The notes beneath the pieces are model-generated. The model saw only the letters and a program-made list of their open reading frames with translations. It made no database searches and had not been told where the DNA came from. Both the position numbers and the translations under genes were made by a program. 64,000 bases of DNA from Lingula anatina (taxonomy: Eukaryota > Animalia > Brachiopoda), in contig CM120640.1 of the NCBI GenBank assembly GCA_051362555.1, forward strand, positions 2,914,001 to 2,978,000, read 5' to 3'. Positions 14,301-28,800 of this stretch are shown here, piece by piece. Numbering within the stretch: the stretch's first letter is position 1; the number at the start of each line of letters is the position of its first letter.

Positions 14301-17300
14301 TTTTTTCTGTTACCATGACCCTTTACTTCAATCAAATTTTACCCAGAGTGGGCCATTTTCTGGCAAAAAAGGGTGATTCGTTCCCCCCCCCCCCAAACCC
14401 CCCTGGCTATGGGCATGTAAAGTCTACAACATCATCTGGCACCTGGCTGTAAAAAATGGCCACAGCTTACCTCTGCACTCTCATGGCATGGTGCCAGTTC
14501 AGTTTGGGGTCCAACTGTCTCCAGCCCAGGGCAATGACACGAAACCCTTTCATGGTGAACCGATGAAGTACATCACTGTAGTCTTCTGGCACTGAATAAT
14601 GGAACAATAACTTATGAGAGATTTCTCAAAAGCACATGTTATGTAGCTTTTGATTTTTTTTTTTTTTTTTGTAATATTATGGCCAAATAAACCTGGGGCT
14701 GATCAAAAATGCACCTTACTTGATTGATATTTAATTTTGTATGTGAGCTTGTATCTGAGAGGCATTCCTCACTTTTCATATCACTTAAATTTACAAAGTG
14801 TAACCTGAAGAAATCTTTGTTAACATGGAGATTCACAGCATTAATTTTGAAAATTGTCTGTCATTTAAAACCACAGGTCTTACAAGTTTCTTGCTTGCAG
14901 AGAGAAGCCACTTTCTCTGGTGCTCCCTTGCAGTACAAGTCCATCTGGGTATTCCCTAGAGTTCTGGTAATCACACTCATGCGCTGTAAGGCTGATGTGA
15001 AAACAAACTGGCGCACAATCCCAACTTCAAAAGCAATCTGCAAATGTCAAAATAGTTACAGCATTCCAAATTACACAAAATCCTCAAACTTTTTGCTGAA
15101 CATATCACGTTTTCAAATGATTTCTTTATCAAACACAAAAAATATTGCTTACATTCAAATGCTTGGTCTCATTTATGTACATTGCGCTTCTTTTTTAAAT
15201 GCAACTTGATAAGTTTAACTAAATAATACTTAGAATAAATGAACTTCAATATAGGACTTCTCCACTATCAAAGTCAGCAATACAATACCTTTACTGTTGA
15301 CTGTCAAAAATAATAACTTTTCTTAAGTTTTCAGATCCTCCATGCCATATTTATGTCTGTGCTACTACATGTACTATGCCAGCTTCCAAACACATAGGTT
15401 GCACTCACAATAAAACTATTTTCCTACATAGTTTGAACTCCTCGGGGACTCTCACTGAGTGCAATCAGATGGACAGATTAACACACCTCCTCTCATTTCC
15501 AAGGTACTCATATAATCACCAGCATTTCTGTATTCTACTCTACTCTAGACCATGAGGTGGCATGTTTATCTGTTTATCTCATTGCATTCGGTGTGAGAAC
15601 TTCTAGCACGGTAGTTTCATTGTGAAGGCACCAACAGAGAATATGACTGGGTTCCCTTACCTAGATCGATCTAACAGGATCGATCCATCTTCGAGGGGTT
15701 TCTCGCTAAATTGCTTTCAGCTTAAGCAGCTTAAGATGTCTGGCACACCTACTGAAGCTGCTAAACCATAGTTAATTACCCCTAGCAGCTTCAATTTAGG
15801 CGTGAAAGACATCTTAGTCGCTTAAGTTGATTGCAATTTAGTGAGAATTTCCTCAAAGATAGATCAATCCGCAGTTAGTATGATGGGGTCTGGGAATGGT
15901 CCCAATGTCTGTGGCACTAAATTCACCTTGTCAGTATGTCCTGAGTAGTAACTTTCTTTGGTAATAGGTTTCACAATGGTGGGCACCATAATGTCAAATT
16001 TACTGGTATCCTGCCCAGGTTCTTCCAGGAGCTATGGTTGTGATAAAATGCAGTCATTTTAGTATGTAATTCACCAAACTTACCTCAACCTCCAGTTCTA
16101 TCTACCACGCAGTGCAGTGAGTCCAAAGAAAACCTCAAAACACACAAGAAATGGTGAAGTTGTGCAGAATCCAAGACACTCTATATGTTAATTTGGGTAC
16201 AATATTACACCACCAAAGAAAGGGACACCATACCAAGGAAGAATCATGGGAGATTTAAATAACCAGCCTAAGAAAAAAATCTCTGATAGGTTTTTATCCC
16301 TATATCTGAAAGGGACCTTTTCCTTTTCTGCAAAATTCACCAATTCTTCATTTCTAATAACTTATTCCCATTGAAACTATGTAGATTGATCCAACTCCCC
16401 AGGGACTCTTCCTAAATGCCATCAGATTAACAGATTAACAGGCCTCTTGTTTCCAAGTTTCTCGTATAAACACCAACTTGTCTATATTCTACTCAAGCCC
16501 AGGAAGAGGCATGTCATTCAGTTAATCTCATTGTATTGAGTTAGTCCCCTGGATCGATTGTTTCATTGGGAATTAGCCTTAAAGTTAAACCACTGAAGAA
16601 ACCATCACCTGTTCAAACCCATCAAAGCCAGTTGAAGAGGTGAAAAGTGTGTCAAGTGAGGGCGGATGTACAGTAGTGGGGATCAAGTTATCAAAGCGAG
16701 TCGTCTCCCTTCCTGGTTCCTGCAATATCTGCCAACAAATGTGAAGGTATTGTTAAAGCAGAAAAAAAACACACCAAAAAAAAAAAAAAAACACTGACAA
16801 GCCCTTTTCAAGTGTGGTACGCCTTTCTGTTTCACACCATTTTGACGGGTCCAAACATCCTTAGATCACATTCAGATCCATCAGGGAATTAGCAACATCA
16901 CTTTTTAAGTGGGATCGGCCATATTTGTTCAGCGGATGGGTTAGTCCGCAAATCATCTGTTCTGAATTCGTTCTTACACTGCAGGGATTTTACTCCCTCT
17001 CACATTTCCTTCTGACTTTTTAGACCAATCAAAATAAATCCAGTTAAAGTGTACTTCGCAATGTGGGCACCATAAGACCAAACAAGGCTTAAGTACAGAG
17101 ACACACACCACAAAACAACTAATTGGTAAATGAGGTTAAGAAAAAAAGATGTGTCTATTAAATTCAATCATCTTTATAAATTAAGCTAAAGCTATATGTT
17201 AATTTAAAATTGTTATTATGTTTCCATTTTATTAAGTTCTCCTTACATTCAAAACAATTAACATTCTTCAACAATAAAAATGATAAGGAAAACAATTAGA

Positions 17301-20300
17301 TTATTGTCACTGATGATGTTTTTTTTTTCCAATAACTAACAAAAGAAGAACAATAAATTGACAACAACATCAACATAGACTATTCTTTCAGATAACGAGA
17401 AGTTAATCCTAATACAAGATCTTACACTGAAACGTTGTTTTGACCTTATCACAAGGTCTTTTTTCAGCTGAACTGATTTTGATTTGTCACTGGTTTCGTG
17501 TAAGATCCTGTATTAAATTGAAATTCCCATTATATCAGTCTTATATAAATGAATGAATCAATATAATATAACTGGATAAATAAAATTATTCATTTTTTCT
17601 TCAGCATATTTCTCTACTCTTCAGACTTACTAGGTAACATTTGTTTGGAGTTTAAATTACTAGTATTTGTTTCAGCCCAAAATCTCATTTTTAGCATAGA
17701 TAATTCAGTAACCTCACTTGATGTCTTTTTAATAACCAGAATTCCATCAAACATTCAAAACATTCTTACCCAGTTTGTAGACTCAAACATCTTCAAGTCA
17801 AGTGGATCTCCTTTCAGTTCTCCTTCTATCATGGTGAGTGAGTGACAGGTTGCCATGGCGGTCAGAAATGGACCAATGGGCAAGTCCGTGGGATGCTGTA
17901 CTACATGGAGAAACCTGATAGACAAAACAAACAAATACTAATGTGACAACTTTTTCCTTGTATGACATTTAAAGTTTATGATTGAGAACCTTATTAAGCT
18001 TTACACAGAAAATTTTAGCTACTTAAACATACAAAGCCGATACTATACGTTTCATTTTGGTTCAATGGTGAAATGTTTCATTTTAGTTTTAATACAATAT
18101 CAGCTTTGGCAAAGTGACCTGGATAGTGCAAATGATGAAGTAAAGAGTGGCCAGAGTGTGTGCATATGAGAATATTTATTCACAACAATGCCTCCTAAAT
18201 CTACCTGTTCTCCTGCAGTGGCACTACACCAAACAGATCCAGCCCATCTTCAGTCAAAGTCCCAGTCTAAAACACAAGCAGAGCCAGGTAATAGAGCATG
18301 TTATTATTTATTATGCACAGCTTCTATAATTCAGTGACCTCATTAGTGTAGTGAACATGATAATATCAGAATCAAACATTTGTGCACAGACAAAATGTCT
18401 TGCTTGACCATCAAAGGATGACTCCTGCCATTATGATCATACAGTACTCAAACTGAGCAAATGATTTCTTCCAATTTTTTAATATATCAACAACTATGAA
18501 AAAGAGTATGAAATAATTCTAAACCCATATTACTAAACATCATGGTTGATTGAAGTAGAGGCCATACTGTAAGAAAATCTGACAACATAGGATGACAAAT
18601 GTACAATGTACTGTCCTTAAAAACATTTTCTTTAAGGGGTCAAATATTAAGGAAATGTCAATTAAACTACATGTACCTTATCAAAACAGATACATTTCAA
18701 CTTCCCACACATGTTTATCCTTGGAGGACTGATGCAAAATATCCCTGCTTTCTTGAGGCGATTCTGAGCATATATTGTGCCCACTGTCATGGCCGCCGGT
18801 AAAGCTGGAGGAACACAAATTGTCACGATGTCCAAAGTTCTAAGAATAATTCTCTGAGCACTTTCCTGAAAGAGAAAAGGTATCTAATAAAATTGGAACT
18901 CTTTCTTATTAAGCTTAAATGCATAAAAACCTTATTGTCTAAGTTCGGGTTAAAAATAACGAATTTGAAATTATTTGTGACAAATTTAGATCAAAGTCAA
19001 GTACTTTTCAATTACAAAAATCATGGAATACAAGCCCTTTTCAAGGCTAATAGTAATTCCAAGTACTGATCAAGGCCAATAAGGTGCAGGGCTAAACACA
19101 AGTAATTTTCAAGGCTGTACGAACCCTGCAGGGGTAGCAAGTATGATCTACAATGATTGCTTTCATTCAAGGATATAAAATCTTTTATACTAACCCCTCT
19201 GCTTAAAAAGGTTGCTATATTATAGATCATCCCAATTGATGCAATCAGGAACAGCACTTGAACAAAGCGGATAGCATCTTGGTAGAATTTAAAGTCCATG
19301 GGTTTGGGGAAGAGGATTGCTCTCACCAGCTCTCCTTTGGTGGTAGAATAACCTAGAATTTACAAAACAGAGTCAACTAAATATAGTTTTAACTAGAAAA
19401 GCACTTCTAGAGCGCAGACCTCTGCCAAGGCAGGGATTTTTTATTATTATTGATTATTGATTGATTATTGATCCGGATCACCACCAAAAACTTATCATCC
19501 CTTCGTTGGCCCACTTCCAGTTCCTGAAAATTTCATCAGAATCTGTCCATAACTTATTGAGTTATGTTGATGACAAACAAACAGACAAACAGGGGTAAAA
19601 ACATAACCTCCTTGGTGGAGGTAATAAATATATACCTCTGAGAAGTTCCCAACAACAATATGGATATCACGATTTTTTTTGCAAAAATTAATTATAAGTC
19701 AGCCATCAAACAAGCCAACAAATAGGAAACACTCTCTTTCTCTCTGGCTATCCATCTTTTTTTTTTTTTTCTGAGAGTGCAAATGTTTTTTATAAATTAA
19801 TTTCAACTTTCAAAATATTAAGGACTTCACTTTGCAGGATTACAGTAGTCAATATTTATCTCTATCTCTGTTGTCGCTTATGACAACAATTTGCGTTTAC
19901 AATCGTATCACTGGTCAGCTTTGTATTATTATGCAAATCATTTGCTCTGTATAAATACTGTATGCAGTAGTTCTGGGCGCGGCCACGTTGTATTTGACGA
20001 GCGAAGGCTCAGGTCGTCGAGTCTGAAGTTTTAGTAGGCAAAATTTGTGGATCAACACTGGACGGGAAAGCCACATTTCTCTGTACGTATTGTATTAAAT
20101 TCTATTGTTAATCATTTGCACAACATTTCCGTTTCTTATAATTAATTCATTATTTCTTTTTATATTTGTATTCAATTTATGTTATATTTGTGTATTTTGT
20201 ATAATTAGTTTGGTATTTATCTTTCATTATTTTGTTATTTTTAGTTACACCATATCCATGTCAGTGTGCGTGAAATAAAGTGTGAACATTTCCCGTCGTT

Positions 20301-23300
20301 TGTTTGTTTGGTGTGGGATCCGCAACAGTGAAAAGAGAAATATAGACATTGGACAACTGAATTACCCTAAGACGACACCATCTCCATGTAAGAAACTACA
20401 ATATGAGTGAAAGCAAGGATCAAGAAATCGAGAAGCTGCGACTCGCACGTAGGGCACGGAAGGGCGCTGTTACACGGGTGATTGGGGTGATAGAGCGTGC
20501 TATAGCCGCGGATGAACCAAAGACTGTCGACGCAAACGTTAGTAAGTTGAAAGAAGTGTTTACAAGCTTTGAAAACTGTCATGATGCGTATCATTCTCTA
20601 CTTGAAACTGACTCTGACATTGAAACCAGTGAAGCTTGGTTTTCTCAGGTACAAGATAGCTACATAAGAGGTATTGGAGCAGGTGTTACTTACATGAAAA
20701 GTCTAAAACCAGAAAGTGAATCTGAACAATTATCTGAGCAAAAACTTATCAATTTACTTTCATTACCAAAAGCAGAAATAGACACATTTTCTGGAAATCC
20801 ATCTGATTTCTATAGCTTTTGTGCAGTATTTGACGAAACTATTGACAGCAAAATTGATGATAAAAGTGTCAAGTTGACCAGGTTATTGCAATACACGTCT
20901 GGAGCTGCCAAAGATGCAATAAAAAATTGTGTTCTAATTGGTGAAGCGGGTTATGATAAAGCACGGGAAATTTTGAAGGCCAGATTTGGTAATGATCACT
21001 TAGTAGCCCAGCGAATTATTAATGATCTCAAATCAGGCAAAACTGTAAATACGCCAGATGAACTACAAAAATTGGCAGATGATTTGCAAGTTGCTAGTGT
21101 CACTTTGGAAAAGTTAGACATGCTAAGTGAGGTTGAGAATCAAAAAACAATCTTAGATATTGTGAAAAGGTGTAGAGTAAAGATAGTAGACAAATGGAGA
21201 CATAAAGCACTCAAAATTAAAAGTGTTGAGAAAAGGTATCCCACATTCTCACAATTTGTAGATTTTGTGTCACAACAAGCAACAGAGGCCAATGACCCGG
21301 TCTATGGGGACAGTCCTGTATATCATCCTGGCCGTAAGTCATCTAGTACTTTTACTTATACCGCCCAAGGGCCCATTGACCCCCCTTTTGAACCCCCTGT
21401 TCAGCGTGATCTCCCTCCATGTGTTGTCTGTCATCAGCCGCATGATTTGTTTCATTGTGAGGTCTTCAAGGCAAAAAGCGTTCAAGCTCGTTTTGATATC
21501 ATAAAGCAAAATCGCTTATGTCACAATTGTTTTTCAGCTGGACATTTTGCTAAAGATTGTCGGAAAAATACTGTGTGTACTGTGCCAGGTTGTGGACGTA
21601 AGCACTCAAAGTTTATTCATTTCGGTCAAAGTGAGAAGTCGTCCTCCAAAACCGCAAGTAACGGCATTTCAGACACCGTGACGAGTGTTCACTCTAATTT
21701 CAATCATGTGAATCTGCCCATTGTGTCCGTCAGAGTAAACGGACACGTGATAGCTTCCGCTCTTTTGGACAATGGTTCTACTTCAACATTTATTTCTGAA
21801 CGTCTTGCAAATGAACTTTCTCTCAAACACTCACAAAGCTTGAACTATCAAATGAACACGTTGAGTTGTTCACAAAGTACAAAATCTCACGTTGTGTCAT
21901 TTCAGGTGTCACCTGTTCATGATTTGAATGTCTCCTATTGTTTATCAAATGTGTTAGTTATCCCACAAATTCGTGTGCGAGCGAATTCGCGAGTTAACAC
22001 TGATGCGTATCCGTATTTGAAAGATATACCTTTCAGTAACACAGGATCGGGTCACGCAGATATTATTATTGGAATGGACAACGCGCATTTGATCATGCCG
22101 TTAGAGACACGTTGCGATGAAAGCGGAAATTTGAAACTTTACGCGTCTCGTTCGCGCTTAGGTTGGACATTGAACGGCCCGTTGAATGAAAAGTTGGCAT
22201 CTGACATTTCAGTCAATTTTCTCTCGGTTGAAGAAAATATTGAGAATTTATGGCGACTCGAAAATGAGAGCGCGGTTTCTTTCTCGCAAGAAGATGGAGA
22301 AGTTTTGGCCCTGTGGGAATCGACTGTTAGTGAGGAGAACGGTCATTACGTGTTACCGATACCGTTGGAAAACAGGGTGTCCGAAATTTCCGTATAACAA
22401 GAACGTGGCGATCAACCGCTTACACAGTTTAGAACGTAAGCTGGAGAAAGACGGGTAATACGAAAAATATCACGACAACATATTGGATTTGATTTCCGAT
22501 AGTTATGTTGAGAAAGTCCCAGATGATGAAATTGATCTGCGCGACTGCACAGTATGGTATATTCCGCACAGACATGTTTTGAATCCCTCAAAACCTGAGA
22601 AATTGCGAGTTGTTTATGATTGTGCGTGCAAATGTCAGGGTGTTAGTCTAAATTCTCAGACCAAACAAGGCCCAGATTTCATAAACAAGCTGTTAGGTAT
22701 TTTGTTGCGATTTCGTCAACATAAATACGCGATAATGGCGGACATCAAGGCCATGTACTATCAAGTTATGGTGCCCGAATGCGATAGAAATTCGCTCAGA
22801 TTCTTATGGCGCGACGGGGAAAATCTTGTTCACTATCGCATGCGCGTCCATTTGTTTGGTGGAAAGTGGTCAGGGAGCGCAAGCTGTTATGCTCTAAGAC
22901 GCACAGTAAAAGACCATGAAGTCACAGAATTGATCAGAAACACCGTGTTGAAATCTTTTTATGTCGATGATTTGCTCAAATCCGTAAAAACTAGAAGAGG
23001 CTCGTGAGGTCATTGAAGGCACAAAACGCGCGGTGAGCCGCGGCGGATTCGATCTCACTCAATTCGTAGTAAATGACTTCGAATTAAATAAAGCTATTCC
23101 TGTTGATGACAGAGCTAAAGAGGTGAAAGAATTAGCGTTCGATTCTCATGCAAAAGCTCTCGGGATTAAATGGGAAGTCATGCCTGATTATTTCTATTAC
23201 ATCTTCAGACTCAAAGAAAGCGCGATTGTTACCAAGCGTATCATTCTCAGTAGAGTTGCCTCGATGTATGATCCTCTTGGATTGATATCTCCTGTCATCA

Positions 23301-25787
23301 CACGCGGTAAAATGATATTTCAAAAGGTAACGCGGTTGCGCGAAGGATGGGACACACCAGTGCCTGGTGACTTGAGTCTTGAATGGCAACGTTGGATTGA
23401 ATCTTTGAAAGATTTACACACTCTTCATTTTCCAAGGTGTGTTATTTCAGAGACGAGTTATGCTTCCGAGGTGCACATTTTTTGTGATGCTAGTGAAAAG
23501 GCTTACGGAGCTTGTGCATACCTTCGATCAGTCTGTAGTGATGGCAAAATCCGTATTGCGTTATTGGTAGCTAAAAGCAGATTAGCGCCTTTAAAGCAAG
23601 TCACTATACCGAGACTGGAACTTACTGCATGTGTTGTCGCTGTTGACCTTGATCGGTTAATCCGCGAAGAAATGGATGTATCTTTGTTGCCTACTACATT
23701 TTGGAGTGATAGTGAGGTCGCGTTGGCCTATATTGCAAATGAAACTACGCGTTTCAAAACGTTCGTGGCAAATAGGGTGTCTTACATAAGACAAAATACC
23801 AGTGTGCAACAATGGCGACGGATTCCCGGCAAATCCAATCCAGCCGATATTTTATCGCGAGGAAGCAATGTTGATGAAATGTCTGAAATTTGGATGAAGG
23901 GTCCCGCGTTTTTATCGGAATTCAGATCAAAATGGTCCTGCCCAAAGTCTTCTCGGGACATTTCTAATGATCTTGAAATCCACACATGCACTGTCAGTGA
24001 ACAACTTGAGGAAGCTGTATCCGAAAGAGATGTCTCACCTTTACAAAAGTTATGGAATCATTATTCCAGTTTTTACAAGCTTTGCAAAGCTGTGGCATGG
24101 CTTTTACGATTCAAAAGACATCTTCGTGGAAAAGACATCATAAAAACGAACGTAACGGCATCCGAGTTGAAAGAAGCTGAAGATTCCATTTTCAGAGCAG
24201 TCCAAAGCGAAGTGTTCGGTCGTGAAATTCAATCTTTGAGTGAGTCCGGCGTTATTTCGCGATCGAGTGCAATCTACAAGTTATCTCTTATTGTGAAGGA
24301 CGGGATTTTAGTTGTTGGCGGTCGGCTTATTCATTCATCATTAGCATGTAAACAGCCCCCCATTTTGCCCAGATCTCACAAAATTTGCTCTTCAATCATT
24401 CGCGACTTTCACGGTGGAGCACATATGGGAACTGAGTGGACCCATAGTATTGTCCGTCGGAAGTACTGGATAGTTGATGGAAGAAATTTGGTGAAAAAAA
24501 TCGTCAAAAACTGCATAATCTGCAAAAAGCTCTACGCGTTACCTATGTCGCAGAAAATGGCGGATTTGCCCGAGGACAGGTGTAGCGCAGGGGGGCTTCC
24601 TTTTGATATTGTCGGCATCGATATTTTCGGGCCCCTTGTTGTGAAAGTAGGACGTTCTGACGTAAAGCGTTATGGATGCATTTTTACTTGCTTCAAAACA
24701 CGGGCGTTGCATATTGAGGTGTTGGAAAATTTGAGTACAGACGCGTTTCTCAATGGGTTTTTCCGTTTTGTCGCGAGAAGAGGATGTCCTTCCAAACTTT
24801 ATAGTGACAATGCCACGAATTTTATTGGTGCTCAAAGTGAGCTAGCGCGAAGCTTACGTCAGCTCGACAAGAGTAAAATACTTAGGGAAACAAGACGCAG
24901 AGGCGTCGAGTGGAATTTTAACCCCCCACATGCATCCCATCATGGAGGGATCTGGGAACGCATGATAAGAACTGTCAGAAAAATACTGACAGCACTGTTG
25001 TCAAATGTGTCTACCAAGTCATTATCTGATTGGGTATTACAAACAATTTTATGTGAGTGCGAAAGCATTATAAATGGAAGACCCATGACAAAAGTCAGCA
25101 CTGACTCAAATGACTGTGACGCTCTTACTCCTAACCATCTGTTACTACTCCGTAACAATCCCTCTCTTCCTTGGGGTGATTTTGAAATAGCAGATGCGTA
25201 TAGACGGTTGTGGAGACATTGTCAATTTCTTGTTTCCCAGTTCTGGAAGCGATGGACTAGGGAATATTTATCTTTGCTTCAGTCTAGACCCAAGTGGCGG
25301 GAGATCAAGCGAAATTTAAAGAGGGGGGACCTTGTCCTTATTGTTGATGCTTCTATGCCCCGTGGTTCATGGCCTCTAGCTGTAGTAGAAAATGTTAAGA
25401 TTGGGAGAGATAGCTTAGTGCGTAGCGCGACGGTTCGTACTAAATCGTCTCGCTATAATAGACCCATCACAAAATTAGTATTTTTAGAGAGAGACTGTTA
25501 AGATATGTGTTATATTATTACAATATTGTTTAAGTGACATTGTTTAAACAATAAATTGTAAGTAAATTTGAATAAGAATAAGTAGACTATTAAGATATGT
25601 ATTATATTGTTACAATATTGTTTAAGTGGCATTGTTTAAACAATAAATTGTAAGTAAATTTGAATAAGAATAAGTAATATTGTTTATTTTTGTTTGTTTG
25701 TTTGTGACAGATAATATAGTGAATATGTGTTTGTTTGAGTATATACTGAGGTAGATAATTTTTTATTTTATTTTTTTTTATTTTTGT

Positions 25788-25826
<39 letters not shown>

Positions 25827-28800
25827 TTTTTTTGTTTAAGTGGGAGTGTTGTCGCTTATGACAACAATTTGCGTTTACAATCGTATCACTGGTCAGCTTT
25901 GTATTATTATGCAAATCATTTGCTCTGTATAAATACTGTATGCAGTAGTTCTGGGCGCGGCCACGTTGTATTTGACGAGCGAAGGCTCAGGTCGTCAAGT
26001 CTGAAGTTTTAGTAGGCAAAATTTGTGGATCAACACTGGACGGGAAAGCCACATTTCTCTGTACGTATTGTATTAAATTCTATTGTTAATCATTTGCACA
26101 ACATTTCCGTTTCTTATAATTAATTCATTATTTCTTTTTATATTTGTATTCAATTTATGTTATATTTGTGTATCTTGTATAATTAGTTTGGTATTTATCT
26201 TTCATTATTTTGTTATTTTTAGTTACACCATATCCATGTCAGTGTGCGTGAAATAAAGTGTGAACATTTCCCGTCGTTTGTTTGTTTGGTGTGGGATCCG
26301 CAACAATCTCCAACTCCAAGGACAAGACTGCCTGGCTAGGAAATATGTGACGTCACTCTCTCACCTATTCTGGGCACTGTCTAGAAAAAGGGTGCAGTCA
26401 CACTCTCACCTGTTCTGACCACAACAGCGGTCACTTTTCCTGCCCCGTAGTATCTGGTCTGGATGACCTGAGTGCCACAGAAAAGGGTGTATCTCTTGTG
26501 GACATCATCAGGAGAGAACACTTCATCTGAGTCAGGCTGGTTTGGAAGGGGAGTCTTGGTCACTGGGACACTCTCACCTACATAACAGATCAACAAACAT
26601 TCAGAATTCTGCACATATTCATTCAAAACTTAAACTACTGTTGGGATTAATAGTTAACATAATCAAAACTTGAGTCAAATTACAAACTAGAAAGAGCAAT
26701 TCTAAAATGTTATGTATACCATTACCATATTAATAATGAAAGTCATAAGAATGCAGACATAAGCCTAGGTTTTCAAAAAAAAAACAACTTCTGAACATTT
26801 ATCATGGGACCCAACACCTAACCCTGACGAATCTCAGGAACCATCAGAATTGAATTTTGAATTAAAAACATGGAATTCTGCTTTTCTGCAGAAAAGCTTA
26901 TATCTGAGAGTGTTATGTGTGTCTGTCTATATAAAGACACACACATACACAGATGGAGATGCCTGAAGAAATTCAAACCCCCCTCTCAATGAGTCAAGCA
27001 TGTGTGATTTTAAAGTAAAACTTCATCAACTTACATGTCCTTATAAAGCACACACTTGCTAATATTAAATTAATGCATATCTAAACTTGTAAGACAATAT
27101 TTTCTACCAAAATTAACATAACATAACAGCTGTGTACTGACCAGTCAACATGCTCTCATTGACAATACAGTTCCCAACAAGCAACACAGCATCACATGAC
27201 ATCATACAGCCATGTTGGGGGATCACAACCACATCTCCAGGGACCAGTTTGGAGGTTGGAAGCTCTTCAAAGACTAAAATTATAATGATCCTTTAGTTGT
27301 ATTGTTATTATACTGCTGGTGGTTGATCACCTTTTTTGTTTGAAATCACATACATATATTTTTACAATTTTAAATCAACATTTCATGAAAATTTTAAATT
27401 AAAAAAGGAAACAATAATACATTTCTTGAAGGAAGAGCATGTTATTGCCCAGTGTCTCCACAGGTAAAGATCTGCCCATGGCACATGCACATGACATGTC
27501 CTGATATATAAGTTGTCTGCACTGAACAAGTAAAATATTGTCATTAGACAAAAAGTATACATGAACAAAGATTGAACACACAAAGTCCACCAAAAGTTAG
27601 ACTTCCTTGCAGATTTATCAGGTATACATTAATATATAATCTGAAAAAGCTGGCCCCCTCAGCTTATTATTCAGCTAAATCATTAAAAAATCATCAACAA
27701 TACAGGAAATTCAGAAAGTATTCAGTGATACATTTGCTGTTACTTAAAAATATGAAAATTACCTCCATCTCCGCGAGATACTGTCATTACATTCACTTCA
27801 TGGGAGGCTACCATGTCTCTGAGGGTTATACTTTGCTGATAAAATATAAAAAAAGCTTTATTATATTTAGTGAACCAACAGTGTTTATGGAAAAGTTCTT
27901 AACAAATAACAAATAGATGTGAACCAAACACAGTTTGTGCCATTTTCAAGAAGACAATATACACTATCTTTGCTTGCGTTGTCCCAAAAACAAGTATAAT
28001 TAAAGACCATAGTACTAATTTGCAGGCTTAGTCTCAATATGCTTCCTTTGAAACAATTTGTCAAGCATCCTCGAGAAGTGAAGATAAATACTGCTTGCTA
28101 ATGATGTTAAAAGAGCACCAAATGAAATATTCAGATCACACCTGCCACACAGAAATGCTAACTGGAAATCAAGAACCAAATCAATGTTCCTGGCAAATTA
28201 CAACTATCCGGGTGCATGAGCTAAATATCATTCAGGTCTCTTTGGAGAGACTATTTCACTGTTGATTTTTCTCACTCTTCTGTGTTTTAACATCAAATAA
28301 TAAAAAAATGTTGTTTTTTTTTTTCATTTTTCTAAGAATAACACACAGATACTTTAAAACTCTCAGTTTGTCAATTTCACAAAAAAGTCAAAGATGATTA
28401 AGTCTTAATATGCACCCTTATGGAAATTCAACAAATGCAGTACATCCTGTAATTGTAACTCAATATCTGGCTCACCTTTTTTGTCTCATATAAAGACACA
28501 ACTATGGAGATCACAGATATGAGTATGATACAGCCAGCATAGTAATAGTAATCATCACACATCCATAGTATTACACTGAACAGTTGAAAGATATAGAAGG
28601 GATTCAGCACCTAGAAAAACAATATATATATATATATATATAAATATATATATATATATTTTTTTTTCCCCTAAAATTTTATCTTTCTTTATAAAGCACT
28701 CTCTCAAACACCGTAATGACTTAATCTTCAATGAACAATAATTATCAAAATTTCACATACATAATTTTATAATCGCAAAATCATATTTCTAAAGTGCTTT

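Larger units (their letters stand above)
19869..26305 (+). mobile_element. Full-length BEL/Pao LTR retrotransposon, antisense in an ATPase intron
   Basis: 459-bp LTRs at 19869-20327 and 25847-26305 (TG..CA, two mismatches seen). 5-bp TSD ATCTC (19864-19868 / 26306-26310). Purine tract aagtgggag before the 3' LTR. Domain order Gag-PR-RT-RH-IN. Confidence 0.97.

Noticed and set aside
26400-26580. Exon starts with GTGAGAGTGT, the same 10 nt as its downstream intron (recursive-splice-like)
   Set aside because: The exon start is dictated by the conserved TGES codons and GTGAG is the ordinary donor consensus, so coincidence is sufficient.
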